Assembly (NCBI RefSeq): GCF_963921235.1
Contig: NC_086097.1
Location: 237,090,001-237,154,000 of the forward strand
DNA: 64,000 bases
From: Mobula hypostoma
Lineage: Eukaryota
Direction: 5' to 3'
The notes beneath the pieces were generated by a model. It worked only from the letters and a program-made list of their open reading frames with translations. It was not told where the DNA came from and did not search any database. The position numbers and the translations under genes were made by a program. Below, in pieces: positions 52,150 through 64,000 of the stretch (its first letter is position 1; every line of letters begins with the position of its first letter).

Positions 52150-52311
52150 CAGTACTGTGCAAAAGTCTTGGGCATGCACGCACGCACACACACATATATT
52201 GAGCTAGATTTACAAACTGGCTTACTGCTCCATGGTGACAAATACAGTACTGTGCAAAGGTCTTAGGCAACCTAGCTATATATATGTGCCTAAGACTTTT
52301 GCACAGTACTG
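52150..52311. mobile_element. Tc1-like MITE
   Basis: TA|CAGTACTGTGCAAAAGTCTT ... AAGACTTTTGCACAGTACTG|TA, with an extra internal TIR copy at ~52245. Confidence 0.85.
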
Positions 52312-52565
52312 TAGGTTTCAATGATGACACCTGTATTAATATACATCAAAACAAACATGCCAGTATTCTTCTAAATAGAAGTGTCTACTTCTTCCTGAAG
52401 AAGGGTCTTGGCCCAAATGTTGACTGTTTATTTTCTCCCATCGACGCTGCCTAACCTGCTGAGTTCCTTCAGTATCTTGTATGTGTTGCTTTGGATTTCT
52501 GACATCTGAAGACTTTCTCATGTTTATGCTAGCCTCTACTTTTAAGTGAGTTACTTTTTTATATA

Positions 52566-52568
<3 letters not shown>

Positions 52569-52605
<37 letters not shown>
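52569..52605. repeat. (TA)n microsatellite
   Basis: Direct read. Confidence 0.95.
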
Positions 52606-52607
<2 letters not shown>

Positions 52608-53287
52608 GGTTTCAGCAAACCTGAATAATAGGCAATAAATTATTGTAGTTAATTGTTTTCAGTTTTAAGACATTAAACTAAACAGTTTAAAACCAAGCAG
52701 GTTAAATCCATATTTTTGTGAACTTAACTTTCAGATCATTCAAATTTGGTTAAATAATTAGTTCGTTCTTTTAGTCTCTCATGAAATAATGGCAGATATT
52801 TCTCTCCTATCAGCAGCAATGCAGATGGGGCAAAATATATAGACAAAATAACAAAGGGTCAATAAGGGAAAAATGAAACACAATTGAAAACTTTTGTCCA
52901 ACGCACTCAGACAATCAACATCAATCTGGAAGAATGCATGGACAAAGTGTTATTGATACTTTCCACGCAGTGCACTATCTACTCAGCTCTCTGCAAAGAA
53001 AGATGCGAGACAACCACCACTTCACCAAACATTCTTTCTTCAAAGTCCCACTACTGTCAAAAATGACCAGATGAACGTCTTATCTACTCCCAACATTTTA
53101 TAACTTAACCTTGTCATACCTAAAAGTTGAATAATTTGTCAACAAACATCCCATTAAATTTTCTGCTAAGTTTATAAAAGTTACATCTAAAGCTTCTTCG
53201 GGAAGAGTGATTTAGATTGACAGCAAAAGAAAGTTACAGAATAAACACAGTCCAAAAAAACATGACTCTGGAGGAGTTCGGACGTAC

Positions 53288-53368
53288 CTATTTCAAATTC
53301 ATCATCCTCTGTCAAATTCTGCCCTGTGAGCATCGCCGAAGGAGACTGGCAGATCCGTAGTTGGTATG
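53288..53368 (-). CDS. CSMD3: CSMD3-like coding exon (start of a Sushi/CCP domain)
   Basis: (A)YQLRICQSPSAMLTGQNLTEDDEFEI(G). Acceptor TTTTTACAG, donor GTACGT, 81 nt, phase 1-1. Confidence 0.9.
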
Positions 53369-53902
53369 CTGTAAAAATCAAGAGTTCAGTAACCCGCAAT
53401 CAAAGCAACCCCTTGTTAGATACTAAAATAAATCTGTGGCTAAAATCAAAACTATATTCTTTGAGAAAATAAATTTTCAGTTCAGGTGGTAAAATATCTT
53501 ACCTAGAACCAAAGAATTTGAACTAGAAGTCAAACAACACAGGTTCTGGATGTAAACAGGAATTTACAGATTTAACATATGTGGATACCAGTGAATAATT
53601 CTTTCACGATGTAATTCAGTTTGGATTCTGATGTGCAATATAACTATTGATTGAAGTTTAAATTAGCTGCTTGTGCTAAATGTGTTATATGACAGCAGCC
53701 ACATTTGCACTCTATTCCCTAACTTCAGTTTCAATGAAGTCATGGAACCAGATTAAGCAGGTTCAGTTCAAGCAACTGAAGATGAATTTGTACATTTCTG
53801 TAGGTTTTGATGTACTTACGATTAATAGGTAAATCTAATTTCTAAACATGACAACAATTTATTTCCATCTGAGAAATGTATGAACGCTAAACACAAACCT
53901 AC

Positions 53903-54048
53903 CATGGTAACTGAGAATGAAGAAGCCGCCTGTTGTAAAATCACTGTGGAATTTGATCAGGATCTGATTTGACGTGCTGTAGACGGACTCCAGTGCTGTA
54001 TTTCCACTGAATTGTCCAATCTGAGGGGCAGTCTGTTCTGGCCCGTCC
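53903..54048 (-). CDS. CSMD3: CSMD3-like coding exon (C-terminal half of a CUB domain)
   Basis: Encodes DGPEQTAPQIGQFSGNTALESVYSTSNQILIKFHSDFTTGGFFILSYH. Acceptor ...TTTTACATAG, donor GTAGGT, 146 nt. Closely matches the CSMD3 sequence as I recall it. Confidence 0.92.
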
Positions 54049-55430
54049 CTATGTAAAATAAGCAATCAATTAGGCTGTTAATCAACAGCAGATTCAAGCA
54101 CAAGTAACAATATAGTCATAGAACATGACAGCACTTGATGGCCCTTCAGCCCAACTAGTCTATGCCAAACTATTATTCTGCCCATTCTGATCGACCTGCA
54201 CCAGGACTGTAGCCCTCCATACATGTCCCAGCCATGTACTTATTCAAACTTATCTTAAGTGTTGAAATCCAACCCACATCCACCACTTCAACAGGCAGTT
54301 TATTCCACACTCAGACCTCCCTCTGAGTGAAGTTCCACTCATAAACATTACCTTTAATTCTAGGCTCACCCATGACCTGTGGAAAACGCCTGCTTGCATT
54401 TACCCAACCTGTACCACTCATGATTTTATATATCACTCTTAAATCTTGTCACAGGCCTCCAGTCAGAGAGCCAGACATGTATGATCACTCCCTGGCTTCT
54501 CCCATGAAGCCAATGTCAAATCCAATTTACTACCTTATCCTGAATGGCAAGTGACTGAATCTTCCTAACAAACCTCCCATGAGTAACTTGGCTAAAACAC
54601 TAAAATATTAAAACCTTAAGACCAGGAATAACAGTAAGAATTTCCATATACTGTATATTTCATCTTTAACATCCCAGGTAGGTGTCTTCATTGGACCATC
54701 AGCACATAAAAACTGAAACAGAATTATATGAAGAGTTTTTAGGATAGATGACCAAATGTTTATTCAAAGAGAGAGATTCTGCTTGGAGGAAAAAGAGATA
54801 AAGAGTAAGAGATAAAGGGAGGAGTTTTCAAAATCTATTATTGGAAGGTGTGTAAACAGTAATTAATTAATTTCTCTGAGTTCATCTAAAGCCTAAAATT
54901 AGACAAGTGCCAACATTTTGGAGGGATGTAGGTTAGATGAGATTATAGTAAGAGGGAAGAATGGGGCTTGTAGTCAAACATGGGAGGTTGAAAATCAAAC
55001 CATTTGCTTAACTACTGGCCAATGTTGATCAGCAAAAAAGATGTGATGGGTGAATAGAACTTATTCTGAATTTGGACATGGGCAGAAGGTTTACAGAGAC
55101 CAGAATACGAACGACTGGGTAGAAGTAGCTTGGAATAGTCAAAACCAGGGATAAAAAATAATCATGGATATGTGTTCACGATATTTAACGTACCTGAGGA
55201 TCTGAGTTATAGGGAAATACTGAAGAGATTAGGACTTTATTCCCTGGAACATTGGAGAGTGAGGGGAGATTTGACAGAGGTATACAAAATTATGCTGGGT
55301 AAATACAAGCAGGTTTTTTCCATTGAGGTTGAGTGAGACTAGAACTAGAGGTTATATACCCATATAGAACTAGAGGTAAGGGTGAAAAGATCAATGCTTA
55401 AGGTGAACGTGAAGGGAACTTTGCTGTTCT

Positions 55431-55990
55431 TCAGTCTTTCAACAAACTCCCTACATTCACTGTGCAGGACCTCTTTGCCACCTTTCTACCTATGTCATTG
55501 GTGCCAATGTGCACTACATCATCTAGCTGTTCACCCTCCCTCTTGAGAATCTTCTGCAGCCGTTCTGAGACATCCAGCAACTGGGAGGCAACACACCATC
55601 CTGGCTTCTCTTTCACGGCCCCAGAATCTGCAGTTTGACCCCTAACTATCGAGTCTCCTATCACTATCACTCTGCCTGCCTTTACCCTTCCTTGTTGAGC
55701 TTCAGAACTGGCTGCGCTGCCACTGGCACACCATGGCTGCTTTGCTCTGCCCGATATGTCATACTCCCAGCAGTATCCAAAGGGGTATACTTGTTGCTGA
55801 GGGGAATAGCCACAGGGGAACCCTACACTGACTGCTACTCCTGGTGATTACTCACCTACTATTTGCACTCTGGGTGGGACCACCTCAATAAAAGACTCAT
55901 CTACGAAGTTTTTAGCCTCCTAGATAGTCGTGAGTGCATCCAGCTCCAGCTCAAACTCCTTGATCGTGTCAGTCAGGAGCTGCTGCTGAG
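55431..55990 (-). mobile_element. CR1 ORF1 (SGNH esterase) relic
   Basis: VIGDSIVRG ... DVSERLQKILKREGEQ..VVHIGTNDIG. Confidence 0.75.
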
Positions 55991-57206
55991 GGTTCTGTCC
56001 GTCAACATTGACCATGGATAATGCTTTCTAGCTATCTACATGATACACAAGCCTGTACGCAACCCAGAGGATGCTGTTACGCACGTAGCAAGCTCCCCCT
56101 CTCCACGCATCCGATGAACCCAAACTGACACAGTTTGGTACCAGAAGCATGGCAGGAGTTGTCAGTCAGCATTGAACTCAATGTAGGACTGCCTTAGTGA
56201 CTCCAGCTCCAGGTATTTCCCTCAGGGTTTCTTCCTGAAGCCTTCCCCCTGAATGGGTAGAGCTGCAAGGAAGGGGAGGTTTGAGACCAGAGTTTTCCTT
56301 CTCCTAGATGAGCAGCCTACCACAGCTTTTGAGCCCCATCTGCCCGAAAAGTTGGGCATATGTAGTCGTTAGGTATCCTGAAATCCCACATCTCACAGGA
56401 AGAGCATTCCACTGCCTGATCTACCATCCTGTCTACATTTGTTAGACCTCAAACTTCTCAAGCTTAAGTTGTAACCTGCAACTATTCTTGCCTCAGCCTG
56501 TTCAGGCAAAGCCTGACCGCTGTCACACTAGTCCCAGTCCAACAGTGGCTACTCCCCTCAAAACCCTCTCCTTTTTATTAGCCCTTGCTAACTAACCCAA
56601 GCAATCTCCCACTCCACAGACAAGCACTAACAGAACCTGCTTACTTTTTAAAACTTGAGCGTAAAGTCCACAAGGAACTGTCTCCAACTGACTCCATGAT
56701 CTTCCACTCCGCAAACTTGTTCCCCTACTTATCCCCTCATTACAGTCTTTCATCTCTGACAGGACATCCAGCTTGTGATGTAATCTTTCATCCTTTTTCC
56801 ATCCAAAGGCCAGTTCTTTTGTCTTCTCCTACTCACGGTCCTTTCCTTAAAACTTACTTTAACTCAAAATTTTCCAGCTTTAATGGCAGATCACTCATCT
56901 GAAATATTAACTGTTTCTTTCTTGGCAGTTGCTGCCTAAGCTGCTTTGCACAATTTTCGGTGTTCATATCACAACAGTCAATGGTATCAATGAAACCTAT
57001 TTTCAGAACAGCTACATAAATTATAAAAATCTGTGAGAAAGTCACTGTGCAGGGAGAGGATAATTATCCTAGCTGATAGCAAACTGGCTCAGGTATAAAG
57101 ACCTATCTGAAGAATTATAGTGACAAAGCTGCAATGCTGTAACTCAACATGACATTTCGATTTTATCACTGCCTAAATAAACCAATTTGAGAAAATGCAT
57201 GTCTTA

Positions 57207-57410
<204 letters not shown>

Positions 57411-59029
57411 TTAGAAAATTAATTTACGCGTATTCCTACATGGAAAAAACATTAATAGTGGCAAAAAGTTGGAAGATCAGATGGATCAAATTGTTACATT
57501 TTGCTTCTATTTTGTTGCTCTTTGGCATTTTTTTCAAATAGATTTCAAGGTATCAATCATAATACTAAAATCAGGGCGAAGTTAAGATGGCGCTAAACAT
57601 AGATTCCTTTGCTTGCATCTTCGGAAACAGCTTTATTTCTATCTTTGATATCTGTTTTTTTCCTTTTCAGGGTGTGGGGGGTTCTTTTGAAGACCTTGAT
57701 CTGGAATTACACTCTGACTTCAGTTCATTGCGGGAATGGGACCCACTGTCAGGGCCTCACGACCGGCCCCTTGTTCATATCTCAAAGACATGGCCTGGAA
57801 GACGAGTGTGGCTTCAGGTTTCTGGGATGCTGTGGCTCTGGGAACGTGCTGATTCTAGGCCGGTGCCCCTGACTGACACATTGCAGGAGAACATGGAACA
57901 TCGGGACCAGCGGGTTAGTTGCTGGGGGTTGTGTGTCCGGAGAGCCGAGCCTTTTTGGTGCCGACTCTTCAGGCGCAGAGCACGGAAAAAGTGATGACAC
58001 AGACTTTTAACATCGTCAATCAGTGAGTTATTTGTTATGTCTCCCCTCTCGCTGTGAGACGGGGATACCTCTTATCTGGTGAATGAGTAGTTTTTGGAGT
58101 ACTGCAAGTTTGTGTCTTTATTGACGTTTTGCTGCACGCTGGAGTGCTCAGTGGAAGATGCGGATGCTTTTTTGCTGGTGGGGGTGGGAGAGTCGTTGCC
58201 TTGCTGCTTCTTGTGCATGGGAGGGGGAGTTCTAGGGGGGGCTTTGTGGTTCTAATGTTTTAACTATCTTTCATTCTTTGGGGCACTCCTCTGTTTTTGT
58301 GGATGCCTGCAAAGAAAACGAATTTCAGGATGTGTATTGTATACATTCCTCTGACATTAAATGCACCTATTGAAACCTAAGTGACAATGGACTGTAATCT
58401 TGTTGGTAAAGATTTTGCACGTTCTTCCTGTGATTGTATGGGTTTCCTCCCACATTACAAGGACAAACAGATTAGTTAGGGTTTGTAAATTGTTGGTATG
58501 CTATGTTGGCACCGGAAGCATAACACATGTGGACTGCCCTCAGCGCATCCTCAGACTGTGACGGTTGTTGGTGCAAACAACACATTTCACTGTATGATTC
58601 AATGTTTTGATGTGCATGTGACAAATATAACCACATAACAATTACAGCATGGGAGACAGGCCATCTCAACCCTTCTAGGCCGTGTCGAACTCTTACTCTC
58701 ACCTAGTCCCACCGACCTGCACTCAGCCTATAACCCTCCATTCCTTTCCTGCCCATATATCTATCCAATTTAACTTTAAACGACAACATCATAAAGCTAA
58801 ATCTTCAACCTTACAGCAAGCACTTATTAAGTTACCAGTTTAAAATTCAAACTTAATTACTTTTAATGGGACTTTATCAACTGAAACATAGATTAAATTG
58901 TGATGCAACTTTCTGTTAGTTTGAGCCTCCGATTGAGAACTGATAGATATGAAGTTAAATATAAGTGACTTTAGGAAGGATGGAAACCTCTTTCCACAGT
59001 AAGTCATGCAAGTTACTTCTGGTGTTACT

Positions 59030-59630
59030 CTTCCTCTTAGACAGAGCAGACACAGAAGTTGCCATGGGAGATGCAACAACTGTCCCTTATCTCACCATCT
59101 ATGGACCTCAACAAATCTTCCAGGTAAATCTGTGATTCATTTGCACTTCTTCTCATCTGGTGTATTGCATTTGGTGCCCATAGCATACTGTACTCTCTTC
59201 CAATTTGGAGAAGCCAAATTCTGATTGTTTGATGATTTTTCAGAATATCTGTGTTCAGTCCACAGGGATGACCCTGAGTTTCCTATTACTGCCATTTTGA
59301 GTCTCTGTATCACCCCCATAGGTTCTCTGATCTGTCTGTGGTCTCGCACACTGTTGTAATGAGGTCCAATGCAAGCGTCATTAATGAATTACACTGTATG
59401 TTCCATCTAGGCACGAGGAAGTTGACCAGATTCGATATCAAATTCAACAATTTGCTTTCTTTATCTGTATCAGATCTGGCCATTTCTACTGTATATCAAC
59501 CATCTGTAATATTGGTTCAGTCTCTTTCTCTCTCTCTCTCTCTCTCCCCCCCCCTCTCTCCACCCCCCCCACCCCCGCCCCCAACCCCATTAGCCCAGTC
59601 TGACCTGCTGGGCATGTCCAACAGTGTTGC
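59030..59630 (+). mobile_element. Old PLE GIY-YIG / 3' relic
   Basis: Degenerate similarity to the GIY-YIG region and terminal repeat (ctgacctgctgggcatgtccaacag). Confidence 0.5.
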
Positions 59631-60029
59631 ATCTCATGACATTTGGCATGCTCTTGTCTAAGGATCAGCTTTGTTTGTTACATGTACATTGCAATATCAC
59701 AACATACAGTGAAATGTGTTGTTTGCGTCACAGTCAGAGGATTGTGCTGGGGCAGCCCACATGTGTCACCATGCTTCCAGCACCATCATACCATGTCTGC
59801 AATTTGATAATCCTAATCCTTACTGTATACCTTTGCAACGTGGGTGGAAACTGGAGCATCCGGAGGAAAGCAACACGATCACAGGGAGAACCTGCAAACT
59901 TCTTATAAATCTGTGGAACCATCTGAAAGCCATTCACCTAATATCAGCAAGAATGTGTAAAGCTTTGACCAACACTAATACCAATCCTGTCAATATTGTT
60001 ACTTCACTGATGAACGACACTTCTGATAC

Positions 60030-60382
60030 TCATCATCATCATCATCATGTTCCTTGTTATATGACATAGACGATCATGGTCTTATCCACGAGCATGATTG
60101 TACTTGGCAAATTTTTCTGCTGAAGTGGTTTGCCACTACCTTCTTCTGGGCAGTGTCTTTACAAGACAGGTGATCCCAGCCATTATTGATACTCTTCAGA
60201 ATGTCTGCCTAGTCGCATAACCAGGACTTGTGCATCAGCTGCTCATACAACCAAACACCACCCGCTCCTATGGCTTCATGTGACCCTGATTGGGGGGGCT
60301 AAACAAGGGCTACACCTTGCCCAAGGGTGACCTGCCTGCTAGTGGAGGGAAGGAACGCCTTACACCTCCACTGGTAGAGACC
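60030..60382 (-). mobile_element. SINE-like element with (GAT)n tail, probably RTE-mobilised
   Basis: (CAT)n at 60031-60048 on the plus strand and a tggcaaaccacttc motif on the minus strand. Confidence 0.5.
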
Positions 60383-61249
60383 CCACTACCCATTAATATT
60401 CACCTAAATTTATTATCAAAGTACACATATGTCAGCACCTACTATCCTGAGAATCATTTTCCTGTGGGCATTCATAGAACATAGAACGTAGAAATCTAGA
60501 GCACATTACAGGCCCTTCGGCGCACAATCTTGTGCCAACCATGTAACCTACTCTAGAAACTGCCTAGAATTTCCCTAGCGCATAGCCCTCTATTCTTCTA
60601 AGCTCCATGTACCTATCCAAGAGGCTCTTAAAAGACCCTATTGTATCCACAGTAAATTCAAAGAAACACAATAGAATCAGGGAAAAACTACATAAAAAGA
60701 GGGACAAACAACCAATATGCAAAGACAACAAATTGTGCAAATATATAAAGAAAAAGAAATAGTAATCAAAGATAACTAAGTAACAAATAAAATGGGGAAC
60801 TTGAGTTGTAGTAAGTAATATTGAGAACTTGAGTGGTAAAATCAATCAATGCTTTGAAATCGAGTATTAAGTCTTTAGTGCTTTAGCTCTAGATTGGTAT
60901 ACCTTTACTCAGCAAGCCATCATTATTGAAGACGTATCTATTTTCAGTTTAAAATGTAATACTTATAGGCCAATCTGAAAAACCGACTTTATTGTAGAAT
61001 ACTGTAGCTTCAATATTTATGGCCCGCACTTTAGGACCATCAACACACTGCCTGCACTAATTGCCAGCCAAAGCAGAGAGATCACACGTACTTAGAGTGG
61101 ATCATTTGCTCAAAGTCCTGGCATCGAGCCCCTGCGGTGGAGCCCCATGTGGTTGCAGCACTTTCCTGCTTGTGAATCCCGTCACGTACGGAATTCACAG
61201 CAGGACCAAATCCAGAGAAAGGTTCATTGACCAAGGATTCTGGCAAGTG

Positions 61250-61885
61250 GGAGGTTCTAAAAAGTGAGGCAAGGGGTGTTCAGAGCCAGCATGTTCCCAT
61301 TAGAGTGAGGAGCAAGGCTGGTGGGATTAAGGAGCCTTGGTTAACAAAGGATAAAGAAAATTTACTCAGATAAAGGAGGCTTATGTTAAGTGCAGGCTGC
61401 TGAGATCAAGCAAATCTCCTAGGACTGCACTCAAGAAGGAAATTAGGCAAGCAAAGAGGAGATATGAAACATTTGTGGCAGGTGAATTAAAGAAGAAGCC
61501 TAAAAGATTCTGAAATCACATTAAGAACAAAAGAATATCTGGGAAGAGAATAGGCCCCATTAAGGATTAGTGTGATCATCTATATGTGGAGCCATGGCAG
61601 ATGAGTCAGGTATTAAATGAATAGTTCTCATCTCTATTCATTGCGCAGAAGACATGAAAGCTGGTGAGTTCAGGGAAGAGAACAATGATGTCTAGAAAAA
61701 TATCAATAAATATCAAAAAAATACAAATGAGGAGGCCATGAAGTGCACAGAAGTGGATAAATCCCCAGAGCCTGACTAAGAATATCCCTGGACTCTGAAG
61801 CTCGGGAAGAAATAGCTGAGGCCCTGACAGAGATATATATTTCGTCGTTAGCTATGAGTGAAGTACTAGAGGACTGGAGCCTTCC
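61250..61885 (+). mobile_element. CR1 ORF2 relic
   Basis: Degenerate EN-RT linker (gtggataaatccccagagcctga, DKSP), homologous to 62828-63430 in the opposite orientation. Confidence 0.65.
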
Positions 61886-62034
61886 ACACTCCTCCTCTCC
61901 ATGCAATAGAGTCATAGAGCACCACAGCACAGACACAGACCCTTTGGCCCATCTAGCCTGTGCAGACTATTATTTTGCCTAGTCCTAACAACTCTCAGTT
62001 GAACCTTAGACCTCCTTACCCCTCCCATCCATAT

Positions 62035-63432
62035 ACATAGAGTCATAGAAAAGTACAGCACATAGAAAGGCCCTTCAGCTCATCTAGTTCCTGCTGGACC
62101 ATTAAAATGACCTGCTCCCATCGACCTGCACTTGGACCATAGGCCCCCATGCCCCTACCATCCATGAGCCTATCCAAGCTGCTCTTAAACGTTGAAATTG
62201 ACCTCAGATGCACCTCTTGTGCTGGCAGCTCATTTCACACTCTCATAACCCTCTGACTGAAGAAGTTTCTCCTCATGATTCCCTTAAACTTTCACCTTTC
62301 ACCCTTAACCCATGACCCACCCAACTTCAGTGAAAAAAGCCTACTTGTACTTATACTATCTATAACCCTCATAATTTTGCATACCTCCATCTAATCTCCT
62401 CTCAGTCTTCTATGTTCCAAGCAATAAAGTCCTCACCTACTCACTCTTTCCTTTTAACTCAGGTCCTCCAAACCCAGCAAAATTTTTGTAAATTTTTCTG
62501 CACTCTTTCAACTTTATTTACATCTTTCCTGTTGGTAGGTGACCAAAGCTACACACAATACTTCAAATTAGGCCTCAGCAATGTCTTACACAACTTCAAC
62601 ATAACATCCCATCTTTTGTACTCAATGCTTCGATTTCTGAATATCAGTGCATCAAAAGCTTTCTTAATGACCTTATCTACCTGTGACACCACTTTCAATG
62701 AACTCTGGACCTGCATCCCATGACCTCTTTGTTCTATCACATTCCTCAGTGCCCTACCGTTCACAGTGTCAGACCTACCCTGGTCGGTCCTACTGAAGTG
62801 CAACACCTCGCATTTGTCTCCATTAAATTATGTGACGTTTTTCAGCCCATTTTTCCAGCTAGTCCAGATCCCGCTGCAAGTCATGAAGCCATGCTGACTA
62901 TCCTTAATCAGTCCATGTCTATCCAAATATTTATAGATCTGGTCCGCGAGAATACCTTCCAGTAACTTTCCCACTCCTGATGTCAGGCTCAGCAGCCAAT
63001 AGTTTCCTGGTTTAGTTTGAGAGCTTTTCTTGAACAGAGTAACAACGTTCACTGTCATCCAATCCCCTAGTACCTCACCTGTTGCTAAGGATGATTTAAG
63101 TATCTCTGCCAGAGCCCTGGCAACTTCTGCACTTGCTTCCTGCAGGATCTGAGGGAAAACCATGTCAGACCCTGGGGATTTATCCACCCTGATTTGCCTC
63201 AGGACAGCAAACACCCCCTCCTCTGTAATCTGCATAGGGTCCATAAGTTGATGCCACTTTGTCTCACTTCTATACTCTGAGTCTGTCTCCTGAGTAAATA
63301 CAGATGCAAAAACTTCATTTAAGATCCTCTCCATCTCTTTTGGCTCCACTCAAGGATTACCATTCTGATCTTCCGGAGGACCAATTTTGTCCCTTGCTGT
63401 CAGTTTACTCTTAATACATCTGTAGAATCCCT
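62035..63432 (-). mobile_element. CR1 LINE, internally deleted ORF2 plus 3' end
   Basis: VDKSPGSD..DWMTVNVVTLFKK..PGNY..SLTS..SQHGF joined directly to the C-terminal region (LRPNLKYCV). The RT core is missing. Confidence 0.8.
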
Positions 63433-63449
63433 CCTATGATTAAGATAGA

Positions 63450-64000
63450 CAGATATGTACTTTAGTGATCCCAAAGGAAATTGTAGTGTTAGAGTAGCAT
63501 TACAAGTGCTCAAATATACAATTATACAAAATGTTAGAAGAGAAGAAAGAAAGAATAAAAAATAAGTTACCTCAAACAGTCTAACAGGATGGGACCATCA
63601 CTTTCCCGGCTATAGCTGACTCATTATAGAGCATAATGGCCAAGGGTAAGAATGACCTCATATAGCACTCTTTGGAAAATTGCAATTGTCTTAGTCTATT
63701 ACTAAAAGTACTCCTCTGTTCAGCCAAGGTGGCACACAGAGGGGGAGAAACATTGTCTAGAATTGCCAGGACTTTCTGTAGGGTCCTTTGTTCCACCAAA
63801 GACTCCAGTTAGACTCCTATAACAGAGCAAGCATTTCTAATCAGCTTATTGCCCCAGCACACCACAGCATAGAAGATTGTACTGGTGACAACAAACTAGT
63901 AGAACATGTGAAGGAGGGGCCTGCACACTGCAAAGGACCTCAGTCTTCTCAGGAAGTAGAGGCGACTCTGGCCTTTCTTGTACACAGCCACTGTGTTAGT
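63450..64000 (-). mobile_element. Rex1/Babar-like LINE 3' fragment (different family)
   Basis: RLYFLRRLRSF in the minus strand near 63940-63965, and STFSNRLRQL....YMRSFLPLAI.LYN. Confidence 0.65.

Overview
Eukaryotic genomic DNA, probably from a cartilaginous fish such as a ray (inferred from the repeat families). The whole window lies inside one large minus-strand gene, a CUB-and-Sushi-domain gene best matching CSMD3. Seven coding exons (1052 nt, all GT-AG, phases compatible) encode the end of a CUB domain, then Sushi, CUB, Sushi and Sushi domains. The introns are packed with transposable elements: CR1 and Rex1/Babar LINE relics, SINEs, Tc1/mariner and hAT MITEs, a solo LTR, and many Penelope-like element (PLE) copies. 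Main observations: (1) A young 5'-truncated PLE has an open RT+GIY-YIG frame, a 13-bp TSD and an intact minimal hammerhead ribozyme motif on the CSMD3 sense strand. (2) Two independent ~200-bp foldback insertions consist only of two inverted PLE terminal repeats joined at the hammerhead, each flanked by a 15-bp duplication. (3) A 406-bp element is built from two inverted LTR-like arms (TG..CA, TATA, AATAAA) with a 5-bp TSD. Most short ORFs in the track are repeat-derived noise. Family names come from motif recognition, not database searches, and boundaries of degraded repeats are approximate.
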